From assembly GCA_028283505.1 (NCBI GenBank), contig JAPOFX010000001.1:8197-72196 (forward strand): DNA of 64,000 nucleotides, in the 5' to 3' direction. Origin of the DNA: Candidatus Poseidoniales archaeon. Its GTDB lineage: Archaea > Thermoplasmatota > Poseidoniia > Poseidoniales > Thalassarchaeaceae. Below the pieces are notes generated by a model. It was not told where the DNA came from, did no database searches, and saw nothing but the letters and a program-made list of their open reading frames with translations. Shown in pieces: positions 57,539 through 64,000 of this stretch. How positions within the stretch are numbered: the first letter of the stretch is position 1; every line of letters begins with the position of its first letter. Both the position numbers and the translations under genes were made by a program.

Positions 57539-59728
57539 GTGCCTCACCTCAGGGCCATGCTCACCAGCTCCCAGACTAGGATCCTCTCTCGGCTGGCAGA
57601 ATTTGGCGAGCATTTTGACAAAGCTTGGGACGTCCCCCGAGAATTGTCATTGCCGGGACTGGCCGAGTCCCTTGGAGTGGTCAGATCCGCATTGCACGCC
57701 CCACTCTCTCAATTGGAATCAGAGGGACTAATCTCGACCAGAACGGCGCATGTCATTGGAGGGGGGTCAAGAAAGAGGACGGTAGTGAATATTACACCTG
57801 AGGGAAGAATAGTCATCTCGGAACAGAAACTACCTGCAACTCAGAGGAAAGGAGGAGTAATCGGACCGGCACCGGATCCCATTGTTGTCTATGGTCGGTA
57901 TTCCGAAATTCAGGAGATTGTAGAGGTAGTCAAGGAAGGAAGGTCAACAATAATTAGTGGATTGCCAGGAATCGGCAAGTCAACACTTGCTAGGGCAGTA
58001 TCTTCCGATCTTGAGAACCTAGGATGGACGATAAGGTGGGCAAACTGCTCATTCGGAACCGATGCAAAGTCAATTGGAGAAATGTGGTTAGGCAAATCGT
58101 CCCCATCTAACATCGAAGCAATTCTAGAGGCCCTCCCCTCCAATAAAACTCTTCTAGTTCTGGATGAGGCACAAGAATTGCACCCAAGGCATTCGAGGTC
58201 TATTAGTCACCTTGTCTCAGAAGCCTCGTCTCGTTGCCCGGTAATCCTGGTGGTTAGAGCCCCAAATCCACTTGAGATTAAAGGGCAATTCTCTGATCTA
58301 CGTTTGGATGGATTAGAGGTAGAAAATGCAGTAAAGCTACTCTCCAAACGGACAGATCCAGTCACAGCCGAAGCAGTATCAAACTCACTTGGAGGACACC
58401 CGCTAGCAATCAGACTTTGGACTCCAGATGAGGGAATTCCAGAGAAAACTAAGGCAGTTTTAGATTATGTGAAGGACACTGTAATTAACAAGCTTTCAGA
58501 ACAAGGCAAGAAAACTCTTGACGAATTATCCATTGCGCCTTACCCGTTGGGTTCTCAAGAGCTGTACTCTGAAGCAGGGATTGCAGAGTTAGACAATTCC
58601 GCGGTTTTGAAATGGTCGGATGGGCTAATGGAAACACACCATCTTGTCAGGAACGTGAGAAAGGCTACATTGGATCAAAAGACGCTGTCTAGGATGCATC
58701 ATACTGAAGCTAAGAAATGGTCAACTAGAGAAGGCGGGAGGGCGAGGAAGATTGAGGCCTATCACAGATCTATGTCAGGCCGAGATGGCGATCTAGAATG
58801 GATAGAGGAAAACATCAGTTTGATCTCAAATCAGGATAGCTCAATAGCGGCAGTAGTGATAGAGAACGCATTGAAGGTGAATGATAGCCAGAAACTAAGA
58901 AGCGATGCGGCATCACTCGCATTGGATAGGGGAGAGACAAAAATTGCAGAGACGCATATTTCCAAGATGAATCATGGCCCGTCGAAGAAACTGTTTGAAT
59001 CAAGACTAGCAAGGATGGATGGTAAGTTATCTGATGCCCAGAGGCTTGAGGAGGAGGCCGTCTCTTTGTCTGACCCGAGCCAACGGGCGAAGATCGAGAT
59101 TGCGTCAGTAATCAGGAGATTCGATGACAGGCTTCCCGGGAGGATGAGTAAATTAGAGTCCGATAGGATACTAAATCAGATTTCCAGAATTAGGTTGGAT
59201 GGGATTCCATTTGAGGAAAAGGACTCAGCTATCCTGTCTCTAGAGTTAGTAAAATATGGAATAGCTCTCAACAATTCAGATTTAGCAGATGCATCAAAAT
59301 CCAGAGCGGAGATTGAATCAAGGGTTTCTGAGGAAGATATTATCCTTGACATCCTAGACATCAAGGCCGGGATCTCCAGAATGGTTGATGATAAATTGTC
59401 TGAAGGAGCCATCTCATCCGCCGAAGACCTAATTTCCCGAATAAGTGATTATCCCAGTAGAATAAGCGTCATTCATGCAACGCTAGAAGCTGTGGGTACA
59501 GAGATTCCGGACTGGCTCGCTGTTGCCCATAGAGAATCATGTACGCACAATCTCAGGGAGGATATCCCGTCTCACAGAAGACTGTCTGCACATAGGTGGT
59601 ACTGGAGAGGAGTTTTGGAGCCATCAAACAGAATCTCACACTGGACCGAGGCAATAAGCAGATTCAAAGCGGCTGAGTGCAGAAATGCGGCCAATGATCT
59701 ACTCGCTATGTTGTCCAAGGGAATCTAG
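57539..59728 (+). CDS. STAND-class P-loop NTPase (NB-ARC-like) with N-terminal winged-helix domain and C-terminal helical repeat (TPR-like) region
   Basis: 729 aa. N-terminal wHTH (LSLPGLAESLGVVRSALHAPLSQLESEGLI). Walker A ISGLPGIGKSTLARAV, Walker B LLVLDEAQEL, and a GxP motif GGHPLAIRLW (cf. NB-ARC GLPLAL). It is then alpha-helical to the end. Confidence 0.65.
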   Translation: MPHLRAMLTSSQTRILSRLAEFGEHFDKAWDVPRELSLPGLAESLGVVRSALHAPLSQLESEGLISTRTAHVIGGGSRKRTVVNITPEGRIVISEQKLPATQRKGGVIGPAPDPIVVYGRYSEIQEIVEVVKEGRSTIISGLPGIGKSTLARAVSSDLENLGWTIRWANCSFGTDAKSIGEMWLGKSSPSNIEAILEALPSNKTLLVLDEAQELHPRHSRSISHLVSEASSRCPVILVVRAPNPLEIKGQFSDLRLDGLEVENAVKLLSKRTDPVTAEAVSNSLGGHPLAIRLWTPDEGIPEKTKAVLDYVKDTVINKLSEQGKKTLDELSIAPYPLGSQELYSEAGIAELDNSAVLKWSDGLMETHHLVRNVRKATLDQKTLSRMHHTEAKKWSTREGGRARKIEAYHRSMSGRDGDLEWIEENISLISNQDSSIAAVVIENALKVNDSQKLRSDAASLALDRGETKIAETHISKMNHGPSKKLFESRLARMDGKLSDAQRLEEEAVSLSDPSQRAKIEIASVIRRFDDRLPGRMSKLESDRILNQISRIRLDGIPFEEKDSAILSLELVKYGIALNNSDLADASKSRAEIESRVSEEDIILDILDIKAGISRMVDDKLSEGAISSAEDLISRISDYPSRISVIHATLEAVGTEIPDWLAVAHRESCTHNLREDIPSHRRLSAHRWYWRGVLEPSNRISHWTEAISRFKAAECRNAANDLLAMLSKGI

Positions 59729-61722
59729 CTTCCTTCCTCGAACCCATCCTCAGTAACAATGTCCCCAACAACCTCTTCAATCTCATAGTCCGGGTAGTCC
59801 TCGCGATCAATCAAACTTTCAAGCCTAGCCCACTGTAACCCAGCTACGACAAGGGCGACTAAAAGGACGATCACCATGAATGACAGAACTCCGAAGATCA
59901 CTACTCCCATTGAATCCCCGCCACCAGACTCCTGTGCCTTTTCTTCGCCGACGATGTAAATTGCTGTGGCCAAGTTCGTAGAGGATTCGGCTCCTGATAT
60001 TGCCCTAACCAGAATTACCTGCGACCCCTCAATAGTATTGTTGGGAAGGTACTGAAGTCTGTCAACTAGGAGACTGTGCGAGACTTCAAAATCCGCTTCT
60101 CCGGGATTAAAATCAGGTAGATCCATCCAGTTGTCTCGCATGTCCCAAGTCCTCCATTGAACCCTCTGTATTCCTCCCTCCAAATTGTAGGAAACGGAAT
60201 CTCCAGGATTAATCCAGACCCTGTTGTCAATGCCATAATCACTTGCTAGAGTAACATTCAGGGTAAGACTCAGCTCGTAGTCGTAATTCGCAGCTTCTTC
60301 GACTGCTGGCTGGGCGTTGACATGTCCGTGACCATACACGTTATTCTGACGATTTTTCGGAATTGCATCCTCAGCACAAGGCTCGTTTGCCAACATATAA
60401 TGGCATTCTCGATATGTAGCGGTCTCCTGCATTATGTTTCGAATATCAAATGGGCTCAGATCAGGATTGGCTTGGTACATCAGAACGGCGACACCAGCCG
60501 CGCCTGGGGTTGCCATGCTGGTTCCGGAGAGCGCGACATAGCCGTCTCCCGTATTTGCGTCTGGGGCATTAACGCTACTTCCCACAAATGCCACGTTTGG
60601 TTTTACCCTGCCCTCCTCTGTCGGGCCTTGGCTTGAATATACAGCGATCGCAGTATTTTTGTCAAGTGAACCTACAGTAATTACGTCCTCCGCGCTTCCG
60701 GGGGTCCCAATTGTTGCGGTCCCTCCACTGTTTCCGGCCGCGATGAAAAGCGTGACTCCGGCCCTCATCATTTCGTTTGCCATTCTATTGACCGACTCTT
60801 CTTCCGAGGAAGTCCACTCTATTGCCCCTGTGAGAGCCCCAAGACTCATGCTAGCCGCTCTAATATTGAATTCATGCCTCTTCTCAACAGTCCATTCCAT
60901 TCCTGCCATGACTGCGGCGAAAGATCCGCTTCCACCGCCGTCTAGTACCTTGACACCAACCAAGTTTGCCCGAGGGGCCACGCCGATGTGTCGGTAATCA
61001 GGGGCGCCCGTACCAGCGGTGATTCCTGCACAGTGAGTGCCATGCCCGTTGTCATCATAGGGGAATATCTCCGTTCCATTGGTTGCCCCGGGATTGTTGA
61101 TGGCGTCATAGAATGCTACGATTTTTGGGTCATTTGTCTTGTTATCATCATCCAAATCGTCCAGAGCGGTATGATTACCGTCGATTCCAGTGTCAATTAT
61201 TGCCATGGTCACTCCTTCACCTGTGTAACCAGTGTCCTGCCATACCAAATCAACACCGTGAGCTGGAACGACATCCTCCATCTGTATCCCGAGGATTCCG
61301 TCCAGCTCGACGAAAACGACTCCTGGAAGGTCGACTAGATCGTGAATTCTTTCTAGCTCCACAGTCCCTGCGATTGAATCAATTAACCAGTACCTAAACT
61401 CCAACTCGAAGTCCACCTCACTAGCCAGCATCTCCTCGTCATCTTCAGTTGGGGTATGATCAAAGTCGACTATAACGGATATTCTGCCATCTTCATCTAG
61501 GTAGTCGTGTTGATTATTCTGAGCCGCTATCCAAATAGCATCATGGACGAAATCGCCGTCTTTGTCCATACTTGTGTTCATCCACCATTTCTCATCCATG
61601 GGCGAATCTTCGTTGAAGGGAGGGGAACCAGCAGTAGCTATAGTCGGAAGAAGCATCATCAAGAAGAAGGCCAGTGAGGCCATCTTGCCCCTCGTCTCAG
61701 ATTTTACAAACTCACCATTCAT
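59725..61722 (-). CDS. Secreted subtilisin-like serine protease (peptidase S8) with C-terminal membrane anchor
   Basis: 665 aa. Signal peptide MASLAFFLMMLLPTIATA. Catalytic triad blocks AIIDTGIDGNH (Asp), HGTHCAGI (His) and GTSMATPGAAGVAVL (Ser). The C-terminal TM helix is followed by an acidic tail. Confidence 0.85.
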   Translation of the reverse strand: MNGEFVKSETRGKMASLAFFLMMLLPTIATAGSPPFNEDSPMDEKWWMNTSMDKDGDFVHDAIWIAAQNNQHDYLDEDGRISVIVDFDHTPTEDDEEMLASEVDFELEFRYWLIDSIAGTVELERIHDLVDLPGVVFVELDGILGIQMEDVVPAHGVDLVWQDTGYTGEGVTMAIIDTGIDGNHTALDDLDDDNKTNDPKIVAFYDAINNPGATNGTEIFPYDDNGHGTHCAGITAGTGAPDYRHIGVAPRANLVGVKVLDGGGSGSFAAVMAGMEWTVEKRHEFNIRAASMSLGALTGAIEWTSSEEESVNRMANEMMRAGVTLFIAAGNSGGTATIGTPGSAEDVITVGSLDKNTAIAVYSSQGPTEEGRVKPNVAFVGSSVNAPDANTGDGYVALSGTSMATPGAAGVAVLMYQANPDLSPFDIRNIMQETATYRECHYMLANEPCAEDAIPKNRQNNVYGHGHVNAQPAVEEAANYDYELSLTLNVTLASDYGIDNRVWINPGDSVSYNLEGGIQRVQWRTWDMRDNWMDLPDFNPGEADFEVSHSLLVDRLQYLPNNTIEGSQVILVRAISGAESSTNLATAIYIVGEEKAQESGGGDSMGVVIFGVLSFMVIVLLVALVVAGLQWARLESLIDREDYPDYEIEEVVGDIVTEDGFEEGS

Positions 61723-61958
61723 ATCTCAGCACCAATCAGTGTCCTAGTCTCCGCAATACCCTCTATTGATCTGATCTCCTGGAGAACGCACTTTGTCAAT
61801 TCCTCATCGTCCTCTGCTTCGAGTTTAACAAATAGGTCATGCATTCCAAAGACAATCCACTGTCCTGAAACGTGCCCAATCTTGGAGACCGCTTCCCTAA
61901 CTGAGACCTCGGCTCCAGGCTCAGTAGTAATCAGAACAAATCCTACAGCCACAATCAC
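61719..61958 (-). CDS. Stand-alone Lrp/AsnC-type ligand-binding (RAM) domain protein
   Basis: 79 aa, VLITTEPGAEVSVREAVSKIGHVSGQWIVFGMHDLFVKLEAED...IRSIEGIAETRTLIG. This is the beta-alpha-beta-beta-alpha-beta RAM-domain pattern without an HTH. It overlaps the subtilase start by 4 nt. Confidence 0.55.
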   Translation of the reverse strand: MIVAVGFVLITTEPGAEVSVREAVSKIGHVSGQWIVFGMHDLFVKLEAEDDEELTKCVLQEIRSIEGIAETRTLIGAEI

Positions 61959-62254
61959 ACCTCAACCGCAATTAGAGTCTCAGTTCTGACAACTCCCTCT
62001 ATGGATCTCATTTGTCCTATTAGTGCCCTAGCCATCTGTTGCTCGTCCTCAAAATCAATGCGAGCTACTAGATCATACTCCCCATACGAAACATGGGTCT
62101 CTGACACGGCTTCAAGATCTAGGAGTGTTAGATATACGTCTAATTCTTTCTGAGGGGCGGTTTTAATAAGGACGAATGCGGTATTCACAACAACCCCAAT
62201 CCTCCCGAATACTTCCTGCTTATGACCTCTCCTATCACATAAACTCCAACTCAA
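61955..62254 (-). CDS. Stand-alone Lrp/AsnC-type ligand-binding (RAM) domain protein (paralogue)
   Basis: 99 aa. FVLIKTAPQKELDVYLTLLDLEAVSETHVSYGEYDLVARIDFEDEQQMARALIGQMRSIEGVVRTETLIA is paralogous to the downstream gene. The true start is probably internal. It overlaps its neighbour by 4 nt. Confidence 0.55.
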   Translation of the reverse strand: MSWSLCDRRGHKQEVFGRIGVVVNTAFVLIKTAPQKELDVYLTLLDLEAVSETHVSYGEYDLVARIDFEDEQQMARALIGQMRSIEGVVRTETLIAVEV

Positions 62255-62322
62255 TGTTACGAAGGGATAACATGGAATGAGTCAACCCAAAGCATGTGCG
62301 TGCCCCAGACTACAGGCCGAGA

Positions 62323-64000
62323 ATGGCATTCGCTATCATGGCTATACTTATCTTGGTATTATGCTCTAATCTCGTTTCATCCTCTGAATCTAGAACTACC
62401 ACCGTTTGGTCCGGAAATGTCATTCTACCAGATGGTTATCTTGTTGATTCGGGCGAAGTCCTCTCAATCTCACCAGGGACAACTGTCAGTATCGGATCTG
62501 GCCATTCACTGGACGTTGATGGAAGAATCATCGTCTCAGGCAGTGTTTCATCTCCCGTGGTCATGAACTCAATTTCTGGGAATCACGAGGGTTTGGTATT
62601 CAATTACTCGAGTGATGGTCTCGGATCTAGGGTGGAGAACTTATCAGTGGTAGACTCCAAATACGGTGTGACAATTTATGGTAGCGATCCTGTCATCTCA
62701 AATCTGACGGTGAACAATGCTGACAACGTCGCAGTTGACCTGTATGGTGGCGCGTCACCCATAATAGCGGATCTTGTCATTACGGGCGGAGGACAAGACG
62801 TCCACGGATTCTCTACCACATGGAGGTATGGCATAGGCCTATCGATCGGCGCATACTCAACACCGATCGTCCGAGGGGCCCAGATTGACGGGTTAATCAC
62901 TAGAGGAGTCAATCATTGGGGTAATTCAGGCGGACTACTTTCAGATCTAGTCATTTCAAACATAAGCGGGGCTACAATGGCAATCGCCGCAGGTATCTGG
63001 GTCGAGGACTCAATTCCCCTAATCGAGGACTCAATAGTAAGCAGATCGGACAACGGAATCTTCGTCAGGCACATCACGGACGGATGGACGACCAGACCTA
63101 CATTTGTGAGCGTAGTTGTAGAAAACTCGATGTACAGGGGAGTTATGGTCGAGCAGTACAATCACAGTCAATATTCCAACCTACCACTCAATGCTATCTT
63201 CAACGACATTACAGTTAGGGGGACAGGAGGTACGGGGGCAAAAACATCCGGACTTTCCGTGGCCGCATTCGATATCAACACAAGTGGGGTGCACATAGAT
63301 GTCGGGTTGATAGAAGATAACTCAGCAGTCGGATTGAGGGGTTATATGATAGACTCATCCACAATAATCAATAGACTCAACATAATCGGTAATGGCAACC
63401 CCTCAGCAATCTCCCCCTACAATGACAGAGCCGGGATGTTCTTCAGAAGTGCTAACTGGGCACCCACAGTAAACGACCTAGTCGTTCGTAACTCAACGGG
63501 CCCGGGTGTGTTACTCTGGAAAGGAGGAATTCAGGGTAGTTATTGGGACATCAGCAACAATGGAGCCACTGGTTTGGATATCAGAGAGTTTCATCCGGAT
63601 CTGTTCTTAGTGACCAGTCACAATAATTCAGGCCACGGTGTATCCGTGATTGACTCCAGCAATGTTGAACTGGAGCAGATTCACACCTCCTCCAATGGCA
63701 TAGGAACCCTTTTTCCGTCTTCTGGATCGGGCATATACTTTGAAGAATCGAATGATGTGGTGAGTGCTGGTAAGAATGTTAGTTGCATGAATTGCTCATC
63801 ATCCCATGATCAGCACGGGGTGGTGATCAGAGATAGCATTGACATATTCCTAGATAGAATAATCTCAAGAGAGCCCCTATCAGGACCCTCATTAGACATC
63901 GACAATAGTGGCATAACAGAGAGGGAAGGAAGTGTCTCACTGTCAAACATAACCGTGTTCCAGAACTCAAGTACTCATTCTGTGGAACTCAATTTAGCTG
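62323..64000 (+). CDS. Secreted right-handed parallel beta-helix repeat surface protein. The 3' end runs off the window end.
   Basis: Manual translation from ATG 62323 gives MAFAIMAILILVLCSNLVSSSES..., a signal peptide/anchor. The frame then appears open to position 64000. The sequence is rich in repeating N/G/S/T/I/V beta-helix-like units (...NLTVNNADNVAVDLYGG..., ...LVISNISGATMAIAAGIWVEDS..., ...LNIIGNGNPSAISPYN...). The ORF-track entry 62294-62566 is an out-of-frame shadow. Confidence 0.5.
   Translation, partial: MAFAIMAILILVLCSNLVSSSESRTTTVWSGNVILPDGYLVDSGEVLSISPGTTVSIGSGHSLDVDGRIIVSGSVSSPVVMNSISGNHEGLVFNYSSDGLGSRVENLSVVDSKYGVTIYGSDPVISNLTVNNADNVAVDLYGGASPIIADLVITGGGQDVHGFSTTWRYGIGLSIGAYSTPIVRGAQIDGLITRGVNHWGNSGGLLSDLVISNISGATMAIAAGIWVEDSIPLIEDSIVSRSDNGIFVRHITDGWTTRPTFVSVVVENSMYRGVMVEQYNHSQYSNLPLNAIFNDITVRGTGGTGAKTSGLSVAAFDINTSGVHIDVGLIEDNSAVGLRGYMIDSSTIINRLNIIGNGNPSAISPYNDRAGMFFRSANWAPTVNDLVVRNSTGPGVLLWKGGIQGSYWDISNNGATGLDIREFHPDLFLVTSHNNSGHGVSVIDSSNVELEQIHTSSNGIGTLFPSSGSGIYFEESNDVVSAGKNVSCMNCSSSHDQHGVVIRDSIDIFLDRIISREPLSGPSLDIDNSGITEREGSVSLSNITVFQNSSTHSVELNLA

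Noticed and set aside
57539-59728. Calling the STAND NTPase an Orc1/Cdc6 replication initiator
   Set aside because: Orc1/Cdc6 has the AAA+ module first and the winged helix at the C-terminus. Here the wHTH is N-terminal, the NTPase carries an NB-ARC-like GxP motif, and a long helical-repeat region follows. That fits STAND rather than Orc1.
62294-62566. Plus-strand 90-aa ORF from the track
   Set aside because: It is out of frame with, and overlapped by, the long open frame starting at 62323. That frame has a leader peptide and beta-helix-like repeats, so this ORF is a shadow.

Overview
This 64-kb window is a gene-dense chromosomal segment that I infer to be archaeal, probably a Thermoplasmatota / marine-group-II-like genome. 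The inference rests on archaeal-type ribosomal proteins L7Ae, S28e and L24e in their conserved cluster, an Sa-type S2, deoxyhypusine synthase, the radical-SAM wyosine enzyme Taw1 and a Trm5/Taw2-like methyltransferase. These sit beside bacterial-type UvrB/UvrC, a fused 3-hydroxyacyl-CoA dehydrogenase/enoyl-CoA hydratase, IMP dehydrogenase, MsrA, NADP-malic enzyme and PRPP synthetase. About 55 protein genes are supported, many with 1-4 nt start/stop overlaps, plus one tRNA (Ile, anticodon GAU). I found no rRNA, no CRISPR array, and no transposase, integrase or other mobile-element signature. The ORF track misses three real features. It lacks a large minus-strand gene running off the left edge (1-3280) and a plus-strand gene running off the right edge (62323-64000), because both are incomplete in the window. 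It also lacks a 58-aa Hc1/histone-H1-like protein (11046-11222), which is below its length cutoff. Most accessory content is cell-envelope related. The most unusual loci are: (i) a translationally coupled three-gene envelope operon (30047-34364), two of whose secreted products share an N-terminal Cys-x(1-3)-Cys-His-Gly module, with an orphan CcmF haem-lyase gene 9 kb upstream; (ii) a MacB/FtsX-type ABC exporter locus (36790-42086) with a DUF805::2xFtsX fusion permease and a second ATPase carrying a C-terminal zinc ribbon; (iii) an AlkB-type integral-membrane di-iron hydroxylase with all four histidine boxes (46893-47930); (iv) a wHTH-NB-ARC-type STAND NTPase convergent with a secreted subtilase and two stand-alone RAM-domain proteins (57539-62254); (v) a UbiA-UbiD-GGR quinone cluster.
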